Source: an uncultured delta proteobacterium (GTDB lineage Bacteria; Desulfobacterota; Desulfobacteria; Desulfobacterales; Desulfosalsimonadaceae). From it: 64,000 nt of DNA. A program made the position numbers and the translations under genes. Shown here piece after piece: positions 1 to 9,955 of the stretch. Below the pieces are notes generated by a model. That model searched no databases. It saw only the letters and a list, made by a program, of their open reading frames with translations, and had not been told where the DNA came from. Each line of letters starts with the position of its first letter. The first letter of the stretch is position 1. The stretch is taken from positions 192,001 through 256,000 of the forward strand of contig CAWGYD010000003.1 of NCBI GenBank assembly GCA_963826785.1. Reading direction: 5' to 3'.

Positions 1-215
1 TTGCGCATCACCAGGGCAAAGGCGTCCCCCTTGCCGATTCCCGCCTTTTTCAGCTGCCGGGCCACCTTGCGGCCCTGGATGACGATGTCCTGAAACGTTA
101 CGACCTCTTCGGCAAAATCCCCGTTTTCAAACGTCACGATTTTAAAGTCCGGCTGGGTTTCGGCCCGGCTGTCCAGTTCATAAGCGATATGGCCCGGGAC
201 TTTGCTTTCAGTCAT
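1..215 (-). CDS. AMP-dependent acyl-CoA synthetase/ligase, N-terminal part (runs off the window)
   Basis: Manual translation MTESKVPGHIAYELDSRAETQPDFKIVTFENG...VTFQDIVIQGRKVARQLKKAGIGKGDAFALVMR resembles the N-terminus of adenylate-forming enzymes. RBS AAGGGGG upstream. Confidence 0.7.
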   Translation of the reverse strand, partial: MTESKVPGHIAYELDSRAETQPDFKIVTFENGDFAEEVVTFQDIVIQGRKVARQLKKAGIGKGDAFALVMR

Positions 216-277
216 GGCACATGCCCCCTTTCAAGATGTTCATATGATAGTAGACTCCATTTTCGTTCAAGGGGTTC

Positions 278-676
278 TCATTCCGCGGGCAGGCCATGTT
301 TTTTACAGAATTCCGGAAATTTATCGTAAACGGGTTTTAAGGCCGGCAGCATTTTCAGCACCTTGGGGATAGGCCCTTTGGCCTTTATTTTGCGGGTGGC
401 CAATGCCACGGGAAGGGAAAGCTTCTTCATCCAGAAGTTCCAGATGGTATCGCCGGACAGTTCCATGGTGATCACCGCGGTGCGGTTCGCCTCCTCTCCG
501 GTGATCACGTTTTCCGGATCCACGTACAGATAGCCGTCCGGGTCGGTGATGACATACTTGTAGCTGACCTCGTACTCCTGCATTTTTTCCTTCAGACCTG
601 ATTCAAATACGATATATTTCCACAAATCCTCCAGAAAAACATACATCTGCTGTTGATCTTTGAAAATCTCGCCCAT
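278..676 (-). CDS. SCP2 sterol/lipid-carrier domain protein (132 aa)
   Basis: C-terminal ...LSLPVALATRKIKAKGPIPKVLK is typical of SCP2. Start moved to MGEIFKD, which follows the RBS AAGGAG. Confidence 0.75.
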   Translation of the reverse strand: MGEIFKDQQQMYVFLEDLWKYIVFESGLKEKMQEYEVSYKYVITDPDGYLYVDPENVITGEEANRTAVITMELSGDTIWNFWMKKLSLPVALATRKIKAKGPIPKVLKMLPALKPVYDKFPEFCKKHGLPAE

Positions 677-761
677 TTCGGTCTCCTTATCGATTGGTGT
701 TTCGGTTGACGCCGGCCCGATGTCCTCCGGCTGAACGGCGATTGACCCCATCAACATTGTT

Positions 762-777
762 TGCAATTCATATGCCA
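762..777 (-). promoter_or_regulatory. sigma54 (-24/-12) promoter for the SCP2 / acyl-CoA ligase operon
   Basis: Minus strand TGGCATATGAATTGCA fits GG-N10-GC. Divergent from a sigma54 activator gene. Confidence 0.85.
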
Positions 778-793
778 TGATTTCCTTGGTATA

Positions 794-806
794 TAACCAA
801 TTGATT
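794..806 (-). promoter_or_regulatory. IHF site
   Basis: Minus strand AATCAATTGGTTA matches WATCAANNNNTTR and lies between the sigma54 promoter and the UAS. Confidence 0.65.
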
Positions 807-872
807 TTTAATTTAAATAAATTTAGACGGGTTTCGAGATGTCCGCATAAGGTCATTTCGGTGCGGCAGGAG

Positions 873-888
873 TGTCCGGATACGGACA
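873..888. promoter_or_regulatory. Candidate enhancer (UAS) for the adjacent bEBP
   Basis: Inverted repeat TGTCCG-N4-CGGACA (TGT-N10-ACA form), with a weaker copy TGTCCGCATAAGGTCA at 840-855. Confidence 0.6.
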
Positions 889-939
889 ATACGATTGACA
901 GGAAATCGGAAACCGGGATAAGATGGAAAAAACACCCAA

Positions 940-3751
940 ATGGATCAATCCCCGGAGGAAAACATGGCAACTCCTGCTTCCCGCCCCCCGGCCGCCAATG
1001 GCGAAGCGGCCCTGCAGATCGAAAAGAACCTGGCCCGAAAGACCCTGGCCTCAGGAGACCGGGACACCGCCTGGCATCACCTGCACCATCTTGCGGTGAG
1101 GCTGCACAAGGCAGATGCGGGAAAGGAACGCGATGTCCTGTTTATTTCCACCGTGCTGGAACTGGCCAACGTCAGCTTCGTTCTGGGCAAGGGGTTTTCA
1201 GACCTTGCCGCCATGCTGGAAAATGCCATTGGCGCCGCCGGACGGATGGGCGATTGCCGGTCTTCAGCCATTCTCCGGCTCCACCTGGGGCGGCTCTTTT
1301 ACTTTGCCGAACAGCGCGACAAGGCCATGGCCCTGTTTTCCGCCGGCAAAACCGAGGTGGAGGCACTCGGGGACGAGGACATCGCCACCCAGGCCGCGGA
1401 ATTCATCGGGCTCTATTTTTTCATCCAGGGCCGTTTCCGGGAGGCGATTTCCTATTTTGAAGGAGCGGCGCAAAGCTTCGAATCGGACTTGCGCGGCCGC
1501 GTCATCAATACTTCCGGACCGCTGTGGCTCTGCTACAGCGCCGCTTTCCTGGGCCAATTCCACCACGCCATCGGCACCCTGGACTATTACCGCCGCCTGG
1601 CCCTGGAGGGATCGGACCGGGGGCTGGCAACGACGCTTCGGGCAGCGCTGGGGATCATCCTGTCTGGGCATCAAGCGCAACAAAGAAGCCTATTTTCACC
1701 TTTCCGGCGCCTTTCAGGAGGCGGTTGCCAGCAAGAACGCCCTGGCCGGGTATTTTGCCAAGGGCGGACTGGCCATCCATCATTTTACGGAAGGCCGGCT
1801 CAAGGAAGCCCAGAACTGGATCCAGCAGACCACCTCGGAAGGGGCCGCCACCGGGCTGATCAACCAGTATGCCTCGCCCATTGTGCTGGAAACCCTTTTC
1901 GAGCTGCACCGCAAGGGATTTCTCCATGTCGCGCATATGAACTTTCCCACAGAGTTTGAACGGATCATGCGCGAGCAGAATGTGCACCTGCGGGGTGTGG
2001 CATTGAGGTTAAAATCAGTGGATGCAATAGAAAACCACGGTGCCGCCGATGGCGCCCAGGCCGATCTGAAGCGCAGCGAACAGCTGCTGATTCAGTCCGG
2101 GGACCCGGTCCAGCTGGGTAAAACCCGGCTGGAGATGGCGCGGCTGAACCTGCGCCGCGGCGATGAGACGAGCGCCCGCAATATGGCGGATGCGGCGCGC
2201 AAGGATTTCGGCAGCTATGTGGATGTCTTTTTCCCCGATGATCTGCGGCCGCTGATCACGCTGAAAAGCGACCTCGATCTTTGCCGTCAGAAAGACAGCC
2301 CTTTGCTGGATATGTTTGCCGACGTGATCCAGGAGCTTTCCCCCAGTTCGGATTTCGACCATTTGCTCGCCCGCACCGTCAAATCCACCAACCGGTTTTT
2401 CGGGGCGGAGCGCGGCGGCATTTTCTGGTTTCGAAGGCACGGCACCCCCAAAGGGCCTTCCCTTCGGGGGCCCTGCAATCTGTCCCCCGCCGATGTCGGT
2501 GATGAGGAGTTCAAGCAGAGCCTGGCCCTGGTCTTTAAAGCCTTCCGCGAAAACAGCCCCCAGGTGGTTCGCCGGGAGGATTTCAATTTAAATCCCAGCC
2601 GTGTCAAGGCCATGCTGTGCGTGCCGTTCGAGGTGGAAGGCCACGTCCGGGGGATCCTTTACCATGACAACTCCTATGTCCGGGATTGCTTCGACAGTTT
2701 TTCCACGGTGCAATTGTCCCAGATGGCCCGCTGGCTGACCAGCTATATCGGCCATATCTTTCAGTTCAGCCGGCGCCTGGAGAAGAACGCGGCGGACCGG
2801 ATCGGGCAGATGGAGCCATCAGACCCCTCGGAAATCATCACTAAAAGCCCGGTGATGAAAACGATGCTGGGGCAGGTCCGCCGTATCGCGGACTCGGACA
2901 GCACCGTTCTGATCCTGGGGGAAACCGGGGTGGGCAAGGAGCTCCTGGCCCGGCAGATCCACCAGATGAGCCGCCGGAACAGCAATCCCATGGTGATCAT
3001 CGATCCCACCGTCATTCCGGAAAGCCTGGTGGAAAGTGAACTGTTCGGACACGAAAAAGGCGCGTTCACCGGGGCCGACCGCCAGAAGAAGGGACGCCTG
3101 GAACTGGCCCATAACGGCACCCTTTTCATCGACGAGGTGGGGGAGATCCCCCCGTCCATCCAGGTCAAGCTGCTGCGCGCTATCCAGGAAAAAACCATGC
3201 TCCGCATCGGCGGCAGCAAGAGCATCTATTCCGATTTCCGGCTGGTGGCGGCCACCAACCGGGATCTGGCGGAAGAAGTGGCGGCCGGAAGATTCCGGGA
3301 GGACCTCTATTACCGGCTCAACGTCATCCCCATCACCCTGCCGCCCCTGCGAAAACGGGCCGAGGACATTCTCCTGCTGGCAGGGCATTTCCTGAACCGC
3401 TTTGCCGTCAAATACAACCGGGAACCCCTGGACCTCTCCCCCGAAGATCAAAACCTGCTTGCAAGCTATCCCTGGCCGGGAAACATCCGCGAGCTGCAGA
3501 ACGTGATGGAGCGCGCGGTGCTGCTCGCTTCAGACGGCCGCCTCCACCTGGACCTTCCCGCCGGGCAGAGCGCCTCCCCGAGATCCTATTTTACGGATCT
3601 TCCCACCCTGGACGACCTCCAGCGCCAGTACATCCAATACGTCCTGGAAAAAACCGGGGGCAAGATGAGCGGAGCCGACAGCGCCGCCCAAATCCTGGGC
3701 ATGAAGCGCACCAGCCTTTACAACCGAATGAAAAAACTGGGAATGAGATAA
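940..3751 (+). CDS. sigma54-dependent transcriptional activator (helical N-terminal region, GAF-like, AAA+, HTH); frameshift at ~1663
   Basis: GETGVGKE Walker A, ESELFGHEKGAFTGA, WPGNIRELQN and a C-terminal Fis-type HTH. Removing one extra T in ATC CTG T CTG GGC joins the two ORFs. Confidence 0.9.
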
Positions 3752-3934
3752 ATAAGAGACTCAACCGTGGCCTGGCTGTTTTCTTTACGGCTGATTTTTT
3801 CCCCACTCCGCTTATTATATACTTAAAGCCGCTGCTTCTTGGTAATTGACGCAGCGGCGCCCAATGCAATTTCAAGATTTTAGGTTTTCGCGACCATTAA
3901 CATAATTGGAAACACTTCAATTCAAAGGATCGAA

Positions 3935-4216
3935 ATGGCCACCATTCGCGAACAGATCATGGAACTGCTGACCCGTGAAGAAAGCGATGCCCGCAGCGCA
4001 TCCCAGACGCTGGGCATCAAAGAGAAGGAATTCTACAGCCACCTGCCCCATATCATGAAAACCGCCGCCGCCCAGGGCAAAAAACTCACCGGCACCCCGC
4101 CCAAATGCCTGTCCTGCGGATTTACCTTCAAGGAGCGCAAGCGGCTGTCCAAACCCAGCCGGTGCCCGTCTTGCAAAAGCGAACGGATCGAGGCCCCGGC
4201 GTATCGGGTGAAATAG
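3935..4216 (+). CDS. Small HTH plus Zn-ribbon transcriptional regulator (COG3357-like)
   Basis: N-terminal HTH, then CxxC...RCPxC (CLSCGF, RCPSCKSERI). Confidence 0.75.
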   Translation: MATIREQIMELLTREESDARSASQTLGIKEKEFYSHLPHIMKTAAAQGKKLTGTPPKCLSCGFTFKERKRLSKPSRCPSCKSERIEAPAYRVK

Positions 4217-4221
4217 AGAAA

Positions 4222-4259
4222 GGGCAGCCGAACCGGGCGATTATGCCGTTCGGCTGCCC
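4222..4259. terminator. Hairpin between convergent genes
   Basis: GGGCAGCCGAAC...GTTCGGCTGCCC inverted repeat with a weak U-tract. Confidence 0.55.
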
Positions 4260-4290
4260 CTGGATTAAGATTTTGCATCAGAGTCCGCGG

Positions 4291-6658
4291 TCAATCAAAA
4301 AGCGGAAATTCTCTGTACTGAAAATAGTCGAAATAGGGGGTCATACTGAAGAAATTGGGGTCAAAAATCGGCTCATAGCCCGGCCCCATCCGGATGTCAC
4401 CCGATTCGCCCAAGGGAAACATGCTCTCGATCCGGTCCGGGCCGTTTCTGCTGTATCTTACACAGTGGGCATAGGTGGAACGGGAAGAAAACGGCATGGT
4501 GTGAATCGTTCCGAGAAAATCATGTTTGAAGGGAATCACTCCGCGCGTCCCGATGCCCCAGGGTTGATCCCCCAACCGGGCCAGCACATCGGCCAGGGCG
4601 GCCACGATGATGGCATCGGGCGTCTGGGGAGCGCCGGGATCGGACAGGTTGGCAAACCAGTTGTAGTTGTTGTCAATGCCCGGGTAGCGGCCCAACCCGT
4701 GCAGGAGGACATTGAACAGCAGGGTGTTCGGCTGGGTCAGCACCAGCTGCCCCTCGTCGTTCGGGGCACCGAGTTCGTCCATGAAGGTAAGCTCCAGGAC
4801 GCGCCGGATCCATTTATCCATCAGCACCCAGGCATCGGCCCGGTCGGTGCCGGAAACCCACTGATCCGGCCCGCCGGCCACGAAATGACCATCCCAGCTT
4901 GCCAGCAGATCCAGGCAGCCCGCGTATTGCGCAGCATTGGCCGAGGCTTCCACGGCTTCGGTAAAATCCTGTGCCACAAATTTCCAGGGATTGCCCCCGC
5001 TGCCGAAGGAATCGGTGGTGGCAATGTAGAGCGCAAGATCCCGGACCTCATTGAATTTGATCCTGCCGCCGTCGGCGAACTTCGCGTCAAAGTAGTCATA
5101 GAGGACATGGGCCCGGTGGAAAGGCCCGTAAATGTCGCCCACGGAATTAAACCCGCTGGGATAGGAGGCGCTGGTCTTGTTGTTCCATCCCGTATACCAT
5201 CCCCGGGGGGAATTCTCGTCATGGGAGAGCGGCAGGACGTTCGATGCATCCCATTCAAGCTGATATCCCAACAGTCCCTGGGGCAGCCGCCATTCGCCAG
5301 GATCCCGGACCGGATCCCGCCCGGACATCCAGTAGGCGATGTTGCCGTCGCGATCAGCGTAGCAGAAATGCTGGCTGACACCCGCCTGCCGGAGGCCCTC
5401 TCCGAACTCTGCCATGCTGGTGGCCCTGGCCAGTTTCAAAAAGGCGGTGATGGTGTCAAATTCATATCCCCAGTGGGCGTACTTCCAGGCCACCATTGGA
5501 CTTTGACTGATGATGGGCCCGTGCGCGGACCTGAATACCGGCAACTGTAACATCTGCTCCGCCTGCGACCTTGATGACTTCTAACCGGTCCAGGTGAACA
5601 TTGGCCGGATCTTCGAAATAATAGTCCGTGGTGTGGGCGTGCCCCACCTGCATCGACCAGGCGTGGTGGGGGGTGCGGCCGATGACGATGCCCGGCAGGC
5701 CCGGCACATTCATGCCGGAGACATTATACCCGCCCGCCCGGATGGACCCCTCGGCCACGATCGCCGGCACGGAAAAGCCCATCTGGGGGCCTGAATAGAC
5801 GATCGGCTTGCCGGTGACCGTGTGGTCTCCGGAGACGACCCAGGCGTAGCTTCCCATTTTAACGTAGGCATTTATTTTTTTCAGATTCTCGATGATCTTT
5901 TTCCGGTTGTCGACAATGTCTTTGACGGCTTTATCAATCTTGCCCCTGGGGACGGATACGGAAATTTCGCCCGGAGCGGAAACCGAAGCGCCGACCGGCA
6001 GGTTGTAATCGATGTAGGTGGGTGCCGCCGGGTCGTTTGTCCAGCGCAGGTCGTTGAACATCCCCATCCCGGTGGCCGGTCCGAAATGGCCCTGCAGGCT
6101 CCCCAGCAATGCGGCATTTTCCAGCTGGGCGGTATCGAGCGCCTCCGGATCGAAAAAGCGCTGCATGGTGGCGGTCCAGGCCAGAACATCCTTTTTCGTC
6201 CAGGGTTCGGGCGCATAAATGCCAAGGGCGAGAAACTCAAAGGGGACCTTATCCGTATAGCGTATTTCGGCTATTCTCTGGTTGATGCCGGCGACATATC
6301 CCAAAATGACCTGCTGGCTTTCCGGTTCCATGGCATCGAAGCCCGCATCGATCTCACCATCCGAGTACCCGATGGTTCTCATGAACATGTCGCTTTCCAG
6401 TTGATCGGGGCCCAGTATCTCGGACAGCCGGCCGGTGGACTGGCGCCGGTACAGTTCCATCTGCCAGAGCCGGTCCGTGGCCACCGCATACCCCACGGCC
6501 TTGAAAATATCATAGGTGGCGGCATCATCGGGCCCGGTGATGAACCAGACGCCCTGCTCGTCTCGCTCTGTCTTGATCTTCTGTTTGGCAAGGCCTGGAG
6601 TGGCGAATAAAAAAGCAAGGCAGATTATCATCATCATGCAAATCCATCGATTCTTCAT
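4291..6658 (-). CDS. Penicillin acylase / Ntn-hydrolase family protein (secreted); frameshift at ~5546
   Basis: Signal peptide, GYAVATDRLWQM, and beta-chain start G|SYAWVV (catalytic Ser). The two ORFs join at one extra base. Confidence 0.85.
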
Positions 6659-6720
6659 TTTACGATTCTCCTGTTTGATGTCATCGAAGGGAAAGGGTCG
6701 GCCATTTTTTATAAGAAAAA

Positions 6721-6760
6721 TTCCGGCTCCCGCCCCGATTGGATGCGCCGGGAGCCGGAA
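6721..6760 (-). terminator. Intrinsic terminator-like hairpin downstream of the porin gene
   Basis: TTCCGGCTCCCG...CGGGAGCCGGAA followed by a T-run on the minus strand. Confidence 0.55.
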
Positions 6761-6892
6761 TAAATAAATTTGAGTCGTTTTCCCATATCTGCGGGTGCAC
6801 AATTCGATGCCTTTTGGTTTCTCATCAGCTCATACTCTGGCAAGGGGATAAAAAAAGCCGAACCGCCTGTATTTTCGATTGAACAAATGGAA

Positions 6893-8350
6893 TTAGAACA
6901 ATCCGGGCAATGAAAATGGATATATGACGGCAAAACGGTTATCGATAAATGGCCCGGTGGGAGAATTTGCATAATCCCGGATTCCGATGGTGTTTTTAAC
7001 CGTCAGGGTTCTGGTCTCTCCCATCTTGAAGTGATATGCGGCGCCCGCATCCACGGCCCATTGGGACTGGTTTTTCACCGGTTCGGCGTCTGGAAACCCG
7101 AAGGGGCCGTCCGTTGCATAGGCGGCGCCTCCGAAGCCGTACTTCGCCCGGTAGAAAACATAGCTCAAACTCAATTCGACCGGGTGGTTTACGGGATTAT
7201 ACCCGGCTTTTATGCCGAGCGCGTAAGAAGGCCCGAGATTTGAGATCCCGTCATTCATGGTATCGGTAAACAGGGTCCCCGACAGATCGTTATACGGGTG
7301 CACCATTCCGCCGTGCCGAAATGAACCCCTGTTTTCGGGCGACCAGTTGCCCACCAGGCACAGCGTTCCCTCCGGAACGGAAAAACCCGCAAGCGCCCCC
7401 AATACCTGCGCATCCACAGACCCCAGCCGGCGGGAACCGGAGTTTCCTTCCGCTACGAACTGAAAACCGAACAGCGGAGATAAACCGGAGTCATCGCCCC
7501 CCGGTTGATAGCGGCTTTCCAGGTAGGCCAATTGCGCAAAATCATAAAACGCGTAGAACCAGATCCGGGTGAACAATTCCCGGTCTGCAAGCGGCTGGTG
7601 CCAGTCGATCCCGCAGGTGAAAAACCCGTCGGTGCGCCGGTCCGTGTAGCGGTTGCCGGAAGTGAAGACATCATTAAACCGGCTTTCATAACGAAACATC
7701 CGGGCGGCAAAAACGGACAGGGCCGGCTTTTCCTCACCCTTGGAAGCGGCCGCATCGGGCCCGGCCGGGTTGATCTCGCGGCCGGTTTCATGGGTCTCAA
7801 ATTCGGGGCGCGCATTGAACGAACGTATCCATTCGAGTGGTTTGACGGTGGTCGATATGCCTTCAAATGCCCTTGGGAGCATGGTAAACATGTCCCCCCG
7901 GGCCCAGGGCGTGTCGATCAGCTGGCGGCCGCCGCTGGCCAGCACATGGGGGTTCTTGTACTGGAGATAGGCTTCGGCCAGGGCTTCGAGGTGATGGTCC
8001 GGCCCGACCAGGACCTCGTTTACCCGCAGGCCCGTGGGAATATTCCGGGCCGTATAAAACCCGAGCCCAAGGGAAAATCCGGCCAGGCTGCCGGATGTGG
8101 CGACCACATCGCCGCCGGCGGCAAGCGCGTTGTTGTCTGTCGGCGTGCCGCCGTCATTGATCCGTGCGTAGTCATACAGACGAAGGTGGCCGGAAACCGC
8201 AGTGTCCGCAAGCGCTTTATACCAGGCGGGCGTGCTTTCACCGGCCCTTGCCCGGGAGGGGATCAATGCGGCCGAAGACAGCACACAGATCAGCCCGATC
8301 AACATTGGCGCACATAACCGTGACCGGGTCATCCGGGCAGCCCCCTGCAT
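6893..8350 (-). CDS. Outer-membrane porin, OprD-like
   Basis: Signal peptide, GRQLIDTPW motif of OprD-family porins and amphipathic beta-strands. Starts directly after the MFS stop codon. Confidence 0.7.
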   Translation of the reverse strand: MQGAARMTRSRLCAPMLIGLICVLSSAALIPSRARAGESTPAWYKALADTAVSGHLRLYDYARINDGGTPTDNNALAAGGDVVATSGSLAGFSLGLGFYTARNIPTGLRVNEVLVGPDHHLEALAEAYLQYKNPHVLASGGRQLIDTPWARGDMFTMLPRAFEGISTTVKPLEWIRSFNARPEFETHETGREINPAGPDAAASKGEEKPALSVFAARMFRYESRFNDVFTSGNRYTDRRTDGFFTCGIDWHQPLADRELFTRIWFYAFYDFAQLAYLESRYQPGGDDSGLSPLFGFQFVAEGNSGSRRLGSVDAQVLGALAGFSVPEGTLCLVGNWSPENRGSFRHGGMVHPYNDLSGTLFTDTMNDGISNLGPSYALGIKAGYNPVNHPVELSLSYVFYRAKYGFGGAAYATDGPFGFPDAEPVKNQSQWAVDAGAAYHFKMGETRTLTVKNTIGIRDYANSPTGPFIDNRFAVIYPFSLPGLF

Positions 8351-9731
8351 TTATGAAGTCCACTGGGATTCGATTTCTTCCAGGGTCTTGCCCTTGGTTT
8401 CCGGCACCCAGGAGAAGGAGAACAGGAGTGCGACGACACCGATGGCCGCATATATCCAGAAGGTGATACTGCTTCCGGCGACCGCGATGAGAATGGGAAA
8501 CGTAAAGGCGATCAGGAGGTTGGAGCCCCAGTTGCTGATGGTGGCCACACTCATGGCGCGGCCGCGGATTCTCAGCGGATAAATTTCAGATATCATCAGC
8601 CAGAAAATCGGCCCCAGGCTGAAGGCGAAACACCCCACGTAGACCATCAGGCAGATCACGGCGATCCAGCCGCGGTGGCTGCTGACCACCATGAAATCAA
8701 ATCCGAGGACGACCAGCGCGACAATCATCCCCGCGATCCCCGCCAGCAGGAGCGGACGTCGGCCCACTTTGTCGAGCAGGATCATGGCCACCACGGTCAT
8801 GATGACGTTGATCACGCCCACGCCGACGGTGGCCAGGATCGAGACGGCATCACTGCTGAAACCGGCGGTTTTGAAAATGGTCGGGGCGTAATAGATCACC
8901 GTATTGATGCCGATGAACTGTTGAAACATTGCCAGCCCGATGCCCACGATGAGCGGTATCCGCATGCCGGGCCTGAGCAGTTCGCCCCAGTTCGGCTTCT
9001 CGCGCTCCTTGGCTTTTTCGATCTCACCGATTTTTTTCTCCTTTTCTTTTCTGCCGGCGATTTTCAACAGCACCTTCCGGGCTTCTTCTTCATACCCCCG
9101 GTTGACCAGGGAGCGCGGACTGTCCGGCAGCGCGCCCATTCCCAGTGCCAGCATCGCCCCGGGTATGACGGCCAGCCCGAACATCCAGCGCCACCCGCCG
9201 GGATAGGCGAACACCCAGTCAATCACATAGGAAATGACGATGCCGATGGTGATGGCCAGCTGGTTGGTGGTCACCAAAGCGCCTCTCACCGCTGCCGGTG
9301 CGGATTCGGAAATGTAGAGCGGAGAGGTGTAGGATGCGATGCCGATGCCGAAACCGACGACGAACCGGCCGATGACCAGCCACCAGATCGCCTGTGCGAA
9401 AGCGGTCATGATGGCGCCGGCGATAAACAGAATGGCGGCGAAGATCAGCATGCTGCGGCGGCCGAACCGATCCGCCATGTTTCCGCTGGAAGCCGCTCCG
9501 ATGGTGGCGCCCGCCAGCACCGCAGCGGTGACAAGACCCACCATGGTCGGGGAAAAGTCGAAATTCCTGTTTTAAAAACAGCAGGGCGCCGGAAATCACC
9601 CCGGTATCATAGCCGAAGAGAAACCCGCCGATGGCGGCGACAATCGCCAGGAGCAACACGTAAAAACGGCTGTATTCTTCAGGGTCATCATCTCCGAAAG
9701 GGATCTTGCCCTTTGCATTGCGCGCGGACAT
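8351..9731 (-). CDS. MFS sugar porter (SP family); frameshift at ~9555
   Basis: GGFLFGYDTGVISGA, DRFGRR, QQFIGINTVIYYAP and PETKGKTLEEI motifs. One extra T in a T-run separates the N-terminus. Confidence 0.9.
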
Positions 9732-9955
9732 GCAGGCACTCCTTTTCTTTTGGATTAAGGGACTCAGCTGCCGGAATCTGTCATCTTTCAATGATTAACA
9801 AGTAGGAGCAGCCATCGCGGTCTGTCAAACCACAGCGCGGCAGAATCGACATTTGATTGACAGGGGCGCCGTTCATAGGGTATTTCAATATATGGAATCC
9901 ATTGGGAAAAACCATATACACCCGCAACCCTTTATCCGATCGGACGATACACCAC

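Noticed and set aside
4105..5550. Long ORFs antisense to real genes (also 22117-23802, 28858-30429, 55918-57102 and others)
   Set aside because: Shadow ORFs caused by high GC and codon bias. The opposite strand carries recognisable protein motifs.
6817..6832. CTGATGA-GAAAC hammerhead-like core on the minus strand
   Set aside because: No stem II between the core elements and no flanking stems.
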